DNA from: Octopus bimaculoides | Taxonomy: Eukaryota | Length of the DNA: 64,000 bases | Assembly: GCF_001194135.2 (NCBI RefSeq) | Contig: NC_068989.1 | Coordinates: 8,810,474 to 8,874,473 of the forward strand | Reading direction: 5' to 3' | Shown: piece by piece, positions 50,263 to 62,530 of the stretch | Numbering within the stretch: the stretch's first letter is position 1 | Layout: every line of letters begins with the position of its first letter | Translations under genes and position numbers: made by a program | The notes under the pieces: model-generated | What the model was told of the DNA's origin: nothing | The model's input: the letters and a program-made list of their open reading frames with translations, nothing else | Database searches by the model: none

Positions 50263-51374
50263 AATAAGTAATATAAAATCTGGGAAATTTGGAGAATTTT
50301 ATATTCCATGTCATACGTGTTTCATTACAGTATAGGAAATACATAGACACAGAGAATGAGAAACAGAGAAGTTGTGCGTGTGTGAGTCTATGTATCCCAA
50401 ACGTGTATGCACGCGCAAGTGTATTGTATAGACATATGAACGTATATATTTCTACTGTGTGTAACGTCTATCTCTGAATATCACCTGTATTTCTATATAC
50501 CATAGACATGCAATATGGTTTCTAGTTTACATCGTCTGCTTTCACTAACAACCCACTCCTGCTTCTTTTATGTAATATAAACCATCTCTATCACATTGAA
50601 ACAGACTGTTAGTTCATAATATTATTTCATATAAACAAATTTACCAAAATAGCTATGCACTACTTTAAATAATATAAAGTAATTATAGCTTAATGCTATA
50701 TTTTTTAATCAAATTAGCATAGAGTCTATTGTTTAATCCCCCGGGCTCTTTTTCGTTACATAAATTCACTCGGATAACATCCCCTCAATGTTAAATCAAT
50801 GGTTTTCTTTAAATCAATTTTTGTTATAAACAAATTCGTTTGTATACTTATAATTACGAATATTTTCTACTTTTGCACATTATTAACTTTGCCCAGTATC
50901 ACTGTTGTCATATTTAATAGCCACAAATGTTATTATTATTCTGCACGCTGCCGACGATATATTAAATAAAACTCATCCATTATTTTAACAGATTTCATAA
51001 TCAAATTTCCTTTTTGCTTCCCTAATAACCTTTTCCACTAAAAGCACAAAGCCTGGAATTTGTGGGTCGGTGGAATGGTCAATCACTTCGACCACAGTAC
51101 TTGACTAGTACTCAGTATATCGACCCAGAGAAGATCAAAGGCAAAGTCGACCTCGGCGGAATTTGAACTCCGTAAAGACGGACGAAATGCCGCTAAGCAT
51201 TTTGCCCGACGTGCTAACGATTCTGCCAGCTCGCCTCCTTTTGCTTCCCTAATAATGCTTCATTATGCATTTAAGGTCAATAAACGTTGACCTTTTAGCC
51301 TTGTTAACCCTTTTTTCAATAAACTTCAATTTTATTAACATAGCAGTTCCATTCACAAATTGTCACTTTACAGC

Positions 51375-51758
51375 TGTTGTTAGCACTCCGTCGCTTACGA
51401 CGTCGGGGGTTCCAGTTGATCCGATCAACGGAACAGACTGCTCGTGAAATTAACGTGCAAGTGGCTGAGCACTCCACAGACACGTGTACCCTTAATGTAG
51501 TTCTCGGGGATATTCAACGTGACACAGCGTGACAAGGCTGAGCCTTTGAATTACAGGTACAACAGAAACAGGAAGAAAAGTGAGAGAAAGTTGTGGTGGA
51601 AGAGTACAGCAGGGTTCGCCACCATCCCCTGCCGGAGCCTCGTGGAGCTTTAGGTGTTTTCCGCTCAATAAACACTCACAACGCCCGGTCTGGGAATCGA
51701 AACCGCGATCCTATGACTGCGAATCCGCTGCTCTAACCACTGGGCTATTGCGCCTCCA
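51375..51758 (-). mobile_element. SINE family D, longer copy
   Basis: tRNA-like head (gcgcaatagcccagtggttagagcagcgg...ggtttcgattccc on the minus strand) plus the D body and tail. Confidence 0.8.
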
Positions 51759-51767
51759 CTCACTTTA

Positions 51768-51966
51768 CAGTAAACCCTCGCCATATCGCAGTTCACCTAT
51801 CGCGAGTCAACTATCGCGATTTGTTACTTAAACTTACGTCGATTCCTCTGTGGTGTTGTCTTCCATTTATAATAAAATAAATATACTCAAATTATATACT
51901 TAATATAAAAATATACATTACAGTACTGTTTCTGCTTCGCGGATTTTCACCTATAGCGGGGTTACA
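51768..51966. mobile_element. Tigger/pogo-like non-autonomous element, right end truncated
   Basis: TA followed by cagtaaaccctcgccatatcgc; repeated ttcacctatcgcg-like subterminal motifs near both ends. Confidence 0.5.
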
Positions 51967-52613
51967 ACCAACATTTATTACATTTATTTCCCTTGATTGA
52001 AAAATCACTATAAATCTTACAATTCTTCTTATAAATTCAGACAAAACAAATCATATTTATAATACTTGAAATCGTTCTGCATACATTACTATGGCTTTTT
52101 CCAAAGAATATTTTGTCGAAAGAAAGATGTTTTCCAACGAAATATACGACAGTAATCAGCATGTCCACGCTCAAATCTGCCAGAAATTACTGAAAATATT
52201 CGATAAAGTATTGCTTGGATTTTCGCTGCTTTGCTGCACCCCATGAATTACTTTCAGCTTGGCAAACATTAAAACGCATCAGTAAATAATTTATTTGCTG
52301 ATTTCTTTAAGGAAGAGCCTATGTTTTTTTTAGATTCATCAGGCCGGTGGGATAGCCTTGACTGAAGAGACACACAACAAGGTCGAAAAAAAGCAGTCGC
52401 TCAAAGTACTCTTACATCAATGAAACACGAGAACTATGAGCACAAATAACCAAAAGATAAGAGATATTTTCCGATGAGGATAAACGACTGTGATAAGATA
52501 TTCACGTTCGAATCTCCCAGGACGTATAATTTTCTTCTTTTTTTTTTTTTTTTNNNNNNNNNNNNNNNNNNNNNNNNNNNNNNNNNNNNNNNNNNNNNNN
52601 NNNNNNNNNNNNN

Positions 52614-52665
<52 letters not shown>

Positions 52666-53181
52666 AAGTGTGTGTGAGTATTTCTTTATGCCTCTCTATC
52701 TCTCAGTCTGTCAAATGTATTTAAGTAAATCTTACATTATCTTCTCTATCTGTCTGTTTTCCTCTGTGTATGACTCTCTCTCTCTCTCTCTCTCTCCCTT
52801 TTTCTTTCTCTCACTCTCTATCTCTTCCTCTTTCTCTCTCTCTCTCACTCCCTCCCTATCTCTTTCTCTCTCGCCATAGATTTTCTTCTCTCTTCTTACT
52901 CCCACCTCTTCATGCTTACACACAAGCACACATGCATATTTATGTAAGTGCATATGCATAACAATATGCATACATATAGGTATAGATATTTGTATATATT
53001 CCTGCATACATACGTGCATGTGTATGTGTGTGTGCGTTTGTGCGTGTGTATACATGCGTGTATATGTGCTTTCATGTGCGATGATCAATATATCACACCA
53101 TACAAGTACATAGATGGATGAAAAGAAAGAAAGAGATAGATAGATAGAGAGATAGATAAATATCTATCTATCTATCTCTTT

Positions 53182-53275
<94 letters not shown>

Positions 53276-54015
53276 TATATATATATATATATATATACAT
53301 ACATACACACACATGTATACATTCATATATATGTGTGTGTATATGTGTGTGTGTATGTGTGTGTGTATGCATGTATCGATATTGATCTATATTTTCTTTT
53401 GATTTTCCTATTTTTCTGTGTCTATGCGTATATGTGTGTAAGCATATATATATGTGTGTGAATGCGTGTATACATGCGCGTGTGTGTGTGCGTGCGCACG
53501 CACGTTTGTGTTTTTACATACGTATTAGTGTTAGTGTTTGTGTGGTATGTGTTTATTATACTTTACAAGTGACACATAAGACTTCATCGATTAATCTAAT
53601 CCCTAGAGAATTTAATGGATGAATATATATACACACGCATATATTTAAATGCACTGAATAAAACACATACGCATATATATATATGCATATATATATATAC
53701 ATGCATACATACATACATTCATATATACGTTGATATATACATGCATGTATAAATTTACGTTTTATAAACGTTGATGCTGAATAGGGTGTTTGCCAAAGAT
53801 CTTAACTCAGTCTATCGTAGTTTCAGTGTAAACATCACAATCTCTATAAAAGACACTCTATCAGAAGAACAAGCTGAAAGCTTCTTGAAGTCTATATGGA
53901 GAAGAAATGATAAGTTCGACAAACAAAGCTGCTTTGCTAGAAGTTGAAGACAAAAGAAGGCCACCACCACGACGAAGACGACGACACGGGTGGCGGAGCC
54001 GACGGCGGTAGTGAT

Positions 54016-54072
54016 GAAGAAGAAGAAGAAGAAGAAGAAGAAGAAGAAGAAGAAGAAGAAGAAGAAGAAGAA
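54016..54072. repeat. (GAA)19 microsatellite
   Basis: Read directly. Confidence 0.98.
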
Positions 54073-54418
54073 TAGTGGGTCTACTGCTAGCTTGTTGGAC
54101 AAAAACTATATGAAATGAATGGTTTAATACTGGAACCGGTTCTAAAGAAATGACAAACATAAAATTGTATAAAATTCCCTTGGCCGAGATATTTGTACAA
54201 GAATTTCGCGTTTTATCACTAAAGTTGGTAACACTGTATGGAAAACGAATCAGGAGTATATTATACGTGTCCAAACGGTTGACCATTGCTGTTACTTTTT
54301 TGTTCTTTGCAGAAATAACCAAATCATCGAAGTTAGAATAATTACAACCCCTGTCCTGTCTTAATATCATGCATAATACATATTTCCACAAATATGAGCA
54401 GACTGGGAGAAAGGCAAT

Positions 54419-54587
54419 TATTACAGGAGTCATCTCGTACAATAACAGGAGTCATCTCGTACAATAACAGGAGTCATATCGTGTAATAACAGGAGTCATC
54501 TCGTGCAATAACAGGAGTCATCTCGTGCAATAACAGGAGTCATCTCGTGCAATAACAGGAGTCATCTCGTGCAATAACAGGAGTCAT
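54419..54587. repeat. 22-bp minisatellite (aataacaggagtcatctcgtgc), about 7.7 copies
   Basis: Read directly; variants are polarised toward the 5' end. Confidence 0.95.
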
Positions 54588-55267
54588 TATCTTATTAATC
54601 AGCAAAACGGGAATGTATTCACACCTTTAAAGAAATACAAGTAGAACGATCTACAAAAAAAGTAGCATATGTTGTAAATACAACAGAGCTGATGTTGTTC
54701 TATGGAATAACGGACAAAAGCTATGCACACAGCTGAGTTCAGTAGGTTTAAAACTGTAAAGAAAGAAATCATTTACGTTGAACTGATTCGGAACTTATGA
54801 CACTTGTACCCTGGATACACAATCTTACTGAGTCTATTAACATAGATGTAGTGGGTTATGTAACAGCAGATTTCCTAAGATGCGTGGAAACACTGGGATT
54901 TCCAAATAAAGAACAAAGTAAACAGTTTTGCATCTTCTAAATCCAATCGATTAATAGTAGAGTAAAAATTTACAAGACATATCAAAGGTTCTCCGATTAA
55001 GGTTTCCTAGAATGTGTTGATATAAGGACTCATACCAATCAGTCTACAGTCCATAGATTGCACACAAAAAAAAACATAAGAACTTCACGGCTGGAACGCC
55101 TTTAATCGTAGACCTGTCTACTCACTCAGAACTGGCCTAGGATAAACAGCAACAAAAACAGTGACTACTGCAACTGCAGTCACCACTAGCACTAACCGCT
55201 ATACTATAATCACATGATCCACCATATATTGCCTGAATATAAGGCGAAATGGTTGTGGCCACATTTC

Positions 55268-55535
55268 TTTTATCATAGGTTTATTAGATCGAGACTGACC
55301 TGGGGTTAAAACACCAGCAGCAACACTAACATCAGCACCATAATAACTTCATAATAGGTTTGCTGGACCGAGACTGACCTCGGGTTAAAACGCCAATGAT
55401 AACACCTACACTAACACCATCAGAATTTTATCATAGATTTATTGGATCATGGCTGACCTCGGGTTTAAACGCCAACACCGTCGTAATTTCATCAGAGGTT
55501 TGTTGGATTAGGACTGACCTTGGATTAAATCTCTC
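55268..55535. repeat. Four degenerate approximately 45-bp repeats separated by CA-rich variable spacers
   Basis: Consensus roughly tttatcataggtttattggatcgagactgacctcgggttaaaac; periods about 80, 78 and 61 bp. Confidence 0.8.
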
Positions 55536-55940
55536 CCCCAACACCATCATATATCAACACATTTCAATTCCTTTGAAACTGTAATATCGATTAGCAGGTA
55601 CTGGTTCGGTGCGGTTGTGGGGTAAAAAGAAAAGAACCTAAGGAATCTTACCAATAGTTTGGTGCCATTGTGTTTTGTGTGCTCACTAGAAGTTGCGTAG
55701 CATTGATGTAATTTTTATAAACTTCGTGCTAATTAGCAAATTAACTGGAATTATTCTATAATGCTGAATTCTTATTCTTCATTCGATATTTGCGATTACT
55801 GCGGATATGCGTATGTTCATATGTATCGATATATACATATGTATACATACATCACACATACATATGCATACACAGATATATATGTTTATATACACATAAT
55901 GTATGTATATATATATATATATATATATACTTTTATGCAG

Positions 55941-55971
<31 letters not shown>

Positions 55972-56184
55972 TAGTTATGGTGTATTCTGTTAAGAACACA
56001 GTAGAGTAAAAAGCTCGTCCACCTTCAGATTTACCCTGTACTATCCAGTCGTAGTATTATGCGTACTTCCAGGTTTGCGTTTGGGCATCTGTCGTGTGTG
56101 AATATATACTTGAAAAAATTGAAGACAACAAGAAGGAGTACGTTCTATATTTAAGAGATGAGGAATTATGTACAGTATTTACAT

Positions 56185-56360
56185 TATTTACATTATTTAC
56201 ATTCGACGGATATTTGTCCTCATCTTGTTTGTTGTTAACACAACGTTTCGAAATTTCCCCAAGACACCTGAAGAAGGCTGGAGGGTATATCAGCCGAAAC
56301 GTTGTGTTAACAACAAACAAGATGAGGACAAATATCCGTCAAATGTAAATAATGTAAATA
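56185..56360. repeat. 66-bp inverted repeat (65/66 matches) with a 44-nt spacer
   Basis: 56185-56250 is the reverse complement of 56295-56360 with one mismatch. Confidence 0.95.
56263..56308 (+). ncRNA. Minimal type I hammerhead ribozyme motif
   Basis: Stem I GACAC/GTGTT, core CTGAAGA plus one extra A, stem II GGCTG/CAGCC, GAAA, palindromic ACGT stem III, triplet GUU. Confidence 0.7.
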
Positions 56361-56624
56361 AGGAGGAGTACGATTGGGTATTTATTTTTTAATCGTTACA
56401 GTTGTTTCCACGCAACGTAGTTCACCAGGCGTGCAGGTACTTGATTATGCAACTGTTTTCCTGCATTATGAGATCTGCTTGTGTTTTCTCAGCGTATATG
56501 TAAATATTGTCTCCGTGAGTTCAAAATCCTCGGCTTCAGGAACATCCTCGATGTCTGACGTATATTCTCATTGCGAATATACTGGCAATGAGGTAGCAAC
56601 ATTTGAAATATTGTCCAGGTAAAG

Positions 56625-56693
56625 CCAGCTGATGAAGACTAATCAAATTTACGATGACAAACGTATTTGAAGAGTCCGAAACCTAGATACTGG
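56625..56693 (+). ncRNA. Degenerate type I hammerhead motif
   Basis: CCAG-CTGATGA-AGACT...AGTCC-GAAA-CCTAGA-TA-CTGG. Core is intact; two apparent G>A changes break the first pair of stem II and the 15.2-16.2 pair of stem III. Confidence 0.5.
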
Positions 56694-56938
56694 ATTATCC
56701 GATTCTGGGGTGTCCATTTATATAATGTTATTCCTAGAGGTAAGACAAAATTTCTTTATGTTTGCTACCTTTACACATCTTTGCCAGTATATACACATTG
56801 AAGCTTCACTATAGCGTCGTAAATGTATCGACTGCTATTTCCAGTAAACATTGGTGCTTTGTTGTATCACTACTCTCTCTCTATCTTTCTCTCTCTCTCT
56901 CACTCTCTCTCTCTCACTCTCTCTCTCTCACTCTCTCC

Positions 56939-56970
<32 letters not shown>

Positions 56971-57180
56971 ATTATGACGGACTTCTTTCAGCTTCCCTCG
57001 ACCAAACGACTCATAAGACTTTTGTTGGCTTAAGCTTATAGAAGATTCTTGCCCAACGTACCACACAGTGGGACCTGAATTCGGAACTATGTGGTTAGTA
57101 AAACAAACTTCTTACCACACAGGCAGATTGATAGACAGCAAATGTATGCATAAATATATGTGTTTTTGTGAATGTATGTA

Positions 57181-57380
57181 GGAGAGGATGCCGAAAAGTT
57201 CCTCGTTTTGGGTAAAAGAAAATATAAGATTTTATTCAACATATTCCTCTCTCAGGTTTACACACTTATGGCACCGATCCTTCAGTTTTTCTAAGCTCCA
57301 TAAAAGAACTCGGGAAGTTGAGCCTCAAACCAGGCCTTCCGCGATACTCTTAAAATCAGGAACTTTTCAGCGTCTCCTCG
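57181..57380 (-). mobile_element. Mariner-derived MITE, sister copy of 30681-30881
   Basis: Its reverse complement aligns along 30681-30881 (gaaaagttcct...ttgggtaaaagaaaata...gattttattcaacatatt...). Confidence 0.8.
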
Positions 57381-58656
57381 CATGTATATACGTATTCATG
57401 TATGTATGTATTACGTGTGTAAGCAGGTTGGTATTAGATTTATCTGCGTGGATGGATTTTGTGTGCTATCGTCGTTGGCGAAGTGTTACTGCGGTTGGAT
57501 ATGAATGATTCGCTAAATCACCAATCAGTGAAATGTCTGCATAATTCATGCGTTGTTTTATGGATAATTTCCCTGTTTGTTTCAAGTGATTTCCTAATTT
57601 AGCATTGTATGTGCATGGGAAATACCATTTTACCATTCCATTGATCAATCATATTAAGACCTGCATTCATGTATACACGCATATATACATTTACATGTGT
57701 GTGTGTGTCTGTATCTGTGTGTGCATGCATACACACATACATACATATATAAATAATACAAACATACATACATAAATACACACACACACACACACATACA
57801 TATTTGGTGATCAGGCAAAATCGTTAAGCACGTCAGACAAAACGTTTAGTGCCATGTCTTTCGGCTCCAAACGTTCTGAGATCAAATCCAGCTGAGGTCG
57901 AGGTTACTTTTCATTCCTTCAGTTCCAATGAGTACTGGGGTCGATGTAATCGACTTGCTCCCTCCATTCAAAATTGCTGGCCTTCAACCCTGCAACGGGC
58001 CTGTGTCCCGTTCGAGAGTAACCGGCTTTATGAGTCCAAGAGCTCAACACACGCACACACAGATACATACGCGCACACACACACAAACACACATACACAG
58101 ACACACATACACACGCACACACGCTCGCATATGGATGGATGGATGTATGGATGGATGTATGGATGAATGTCATTTATCTCGAAGCTAACCTTACTACGAA
58201 TGAATAGCTTCTAAATGTAATAATATATCGGATCAAACCCCACTCCGCAGCATGGAAAGAGGGCCAGAGGCTAACCGCATTACACAAACCAGACATTACG
58301 TCCTTCAAGTTCTACGGGTAGCTTTTAGCCATTTCTTTCTGTCAAAGGTGCGTGCTATTAACTCGGTTGATATCTTCTAGACTATTGTTTGTAGCTCTGT
58401 CTGCTTCGAGACACACCATTAAATGATTTAAACATTTTTCTGCGCTTTAACATGTGTTTTATATGTAAATATATCTATATATATATATATGTATACATAC
58501 TTGTATATGTATGTATGTGTGTGTATGTATACATATACATACACATACATACTTACATACATACATACATACATACATATATACATATGTATGACTGGAT
58601 TGATGGGTAGGTGGATGTTTGTATTTATGTGTGTATGTATGCATGTATGTATATAT

Positions 58657-59506
58657 NNNNNNNNNNNNNNNNNNNNNNNNNNNNNNNNNNNNNNNNNNNN
58701 NNNNNNNNNNNNNNNNNNNNNNNNNNNNNNNNNNNNNNNNNNNNNNNNNNNNNNNNNNNNNNNNNNNNNNNNNNNNNNNNNNNNNNNNNNNNNNNNNNNN
58801 NNNNNNNNNNNNNNNNNNNNNNNNNNNNNNNNNNNNNNNNNNNNNNNNNNNNNNNNNNNNNNNNNNNNNNNNNNNNNNNNNNNNNNNNNNNNNNNNNNNN
58901 NNNNNNNNNNNNNNNNNNNNNNNNNNNNNNNNNNNNNNNNNNNNNNNNNNNNNNNNNNNNNNNNNNNNNNNNNNNNNNNNNNNNNNNNNNNNNNNNNNNN
59001 NNNNNNNNNNNNNNNNNNNNNNNNNNNNNNNNNNNNNNNNNNNNNNNNNNNNNNNNNNNNNNNNNNNNNNNNNNNNNNNNNNNNNNNNNNNNNNNNNNNN
59101 NNNNNNNNNNNNNNNNNNNNNNNNNNNNNNNNNNNNNNNNNNNNNNNNNNNNNNNNNNNNNNNNNNNNNNNNNNNNNNNNNNNNNNNNNNNNNNNNNNNN
59201 NNNNNNNNNNNNNNNNNNNNNNNNNNNNNNNNNNNNNNNNNNNNNNNNNNNNNNNNNNNNNNNNNNNNNNNNNNNNNNNNNNNNNNNNNNNNNNNNNNNN
59301 NNNNNNNNNNNNNNNNNNNNNNNNNNNNNNNNNNNNNNNNNNNNNNNNNNNNNNNNNNNNNNNNNNNNNNNNNNNNNNNNNNNNNNNNNNNNNNNNNNNN
59401 NNNNNNNNNNNNNNNNNNNNNNNNNNNNNNNNNNNNNNNNNNNNNNNNNNNNNNNNNNNNNNNNNNNNNNNNNNNNNNNNNNNNNNNNNNNNNNNNNNNN
59501 NNNNNN
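58657..59506. other. Largest assembly gap (N run)
   Basis: Other gaps: 9227-9236, 23305-23371, 31344-31945, 33206-33858, 35044-35621, 45554-45563, 48158-48472, 49280-49379, 52554-52613, 60541-60550. Nearly all abut microsatellites. Confidence 0.95.
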
Positions 59507-59555
<49 letters not shown>

Positions 59556-59856
59556 TTGTGTCTTTATGTGTGTGTTTGTGTTATACTTTTGAAGAATTCT
59601 ATTGAGGAGTTAAATAAACGACTTAGGGAAATACAAATGAATGCTATGTCGTCTCACAGAATTAATAACAAAAAACAACTCGAGGCGAATACATTAAAAT
59701 AAGTTAAATATATTAAATAATGCATTTATAATATTTATTTATTTTGATATATATTTGCTTTGTGCTGTTATAGACTACATCATTTAGTAACTGTTTTATG
59801 ACACTCAAACGTTTGTATGTATGCGTGTGTATGTCCCTGAGTATGAAGGTATGCAT

Positions 59857-59956
<100 letters not shown>

Positions 59957-60069
59957 GAAACAGAGAAAACTAGAAAACAGTTCTGCATATATCAGCAAAT
60001 ATGTTTATACATAAATATACGCATAGTTGTGTGTGCGTTTGTGTGTGTATCTATGTATATTTGTATGTC

Positions 60070-60104
<35 letters not shown>

Positions 60105-60126
60105 ATGTGCATGTGTATATATATGT

Positions 60127-60157
<31 letters not shown>

Positions 60158-60499
60158 GTATTTATTATATGTATCATACTATATATTATTAGACTGACTA
60201 AAATATTTAAATGTATAATATATGGGCGCATGTGTGCTAGTGTGTGTATGCGTGTGTATGAGTGTATGTGTATTCATATATTCATATACATATGCATATA
60301 TACATACCTATACGCACATATACTTACACTATAGTTATATATGCATGTACGCATATATATTTGCACACACATACATTCATACATACATGCTTTATGTACA
60401 GCATATTTTGAGAGAAACTAAGATTTTTCACACATAAATATTCGTAGGCATAGCACAAATCTACATACATACAAATATACATGCGTACATTCATGCATA

Positions 60500-60540
<41 letters not shown>

Positions 60541-60550
60541 NNNNNNNNNN

Positions 60551-60599
<49 letters not shown>

Positions 60600-61403
60600 G
60601 CACACATACATACAAATATACAGGCAATTCATACATACGTACATACAGACAGTCATACATACGTACATATGTACGTACACACATACGTACACAGATATAT
60701 GCACATGTGTATGTATGTAAATCTCGTACTACTCTCTATACGGGTTGTGACCACTTATAAGATGGAGCTAAACCACCGAAATCAATATATAAGAGAAAAG
60801 CTAGGCTTTAACCAAAACAGACGATCGATCCTTCATTCTACCCCACCTCTCGCTCTTTCTCTCTTTCTTTCTTTGTTTCTCTCTCTCACTCTCGCTCGCT
60901 CTTTCTCTCGTCACTCAACCACCGCCCAATGCCTACAACTTACAGAAGGAAAAAAAAATCGATTGTTTCAGCCAAACATTCATTTCAGAAGTTAGAATAT
61001 TCTAGAAGAGGAAACAGCCTGAAGGTTGATAATAATAATAAATAGATGCCGTGTAACAACTAGCGAAGTGATGTGATTCTATGGTAGGAAGAGGGAGAGA
61101 AAGAGGCGGGGGGGGGGGAAGAGAGGACAGTGTAGAGATTGTGTTTGAGGTAGAAAGAGTAAGTGAATGAAATGGGATAGAAAGAGGAAGGGATAGAAAG
61201 AGGAAGGGATAAAAAAATATCCGCAGAACTCTTGCTCGGCAGATTTGGAGTAGAAAAGTATTAGAGAGAGGGGGGAGACAGAAGGAGGAGGGGGAGGAAG
61301 AGGAGTACAAAAGAGAGAGAGGGCGTGGAAGAGAGGGAGCAGTAGGTATAGAGAGAGAGACAGGTGGAGGTAACAATTGACAGGAAATTAAGAGAGAGAG
61401 GGT

Positions 61404-61439
<36 letters not shown>

Positions 61440-61505
61440 AAAGAATGAAATGATTTGGAGAGCTCTAAGGGTAGAGTTGGAGGAGAGAAGTGTTACAGAG
61501 TGAGG

Positions 61506-61537
<32 letters not shown>

Positions 61538-61871
61538 TAGTGAAGAGAAAGGAATGGTAGATGGAGAGTTAGGAATAGAGAGAGATTATGGAGAGTGGGA
61601 GGAATAGAATTTCGGAGGTGGAGAGAGTTAGAGATAGCGTGGTCTGAGAGAAAAAGTGGGGGGGAAGACTGGATGAAAAAGTAAATGGGAGGAAATTAAA
61701 GAACGAAGGAGATCGAATAAAAAGGGAGGGATGGAGGGAGGGTGAGAAAGAGAGAGTGATGACTAGATGTAAGGGAAGAGAGGGGGTGATGACTAGATAT
61801 AAGGAGAAAAAGATGGAGACCGAGTTAGAGGTAAAACGGGGAAGCTAAAGAAGACAGAAAGAGGAGGAGCT

Positions 61872-61902
<31 letters not shown>

Positions 61903-62396
61903 GGGGTAGGGGAATGTAAAGAAAGATGTAAAAGTTGCGGTTGCAGACGACAGCAATGAACTGTTTCGTCATTCCCGCCTCCACTTCCTTACTTTCACCT
62001 ATCGGACTTGACATTAAAATATAAAACTGACCATAATTATATTTATCAACAGCAAAATAATATAAAGTTTCTTTCGGTTTATTATTTTATTTTTCCCATT
62101 TTGATTTTTGTGAAATTTCGATTTTGCTTGTTTCCCCTCACCACCCCCACACACACACTTTTCTTTAGTTTTCGTTGTATATACGTGTATTTATGTTGGG
62201 TGGGAGTATGTGTGCATATAGATATGCATGTATGTGAGTAGGTGTACATGTAAGTGTGTATGTATGTATATATATATATGTGTGTGTGTGTGTGTATTCG
62301 TGATGGAGCGTGTATATGTGTGGGTTAAAATGTATTACATATCTGTAAGCATGTGTGTTTGTGTCTACCTTCATACAATCTATATCTCACACATTA

Positions 62397-62427
<31 letters not shown>

Positions 62428-62442
62428 TTTTCTCTCTCTCTA

Positions 62443-62530
<88 letters not shown>

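Noticed and set aside
54419-55535. CRISPR-like appearance of the 22-bp array and the repeat-spacer array
   Set aside because: Eukaryotic intron, no cas genes, no unique spacers in the first array and degenerate repeats in the second.
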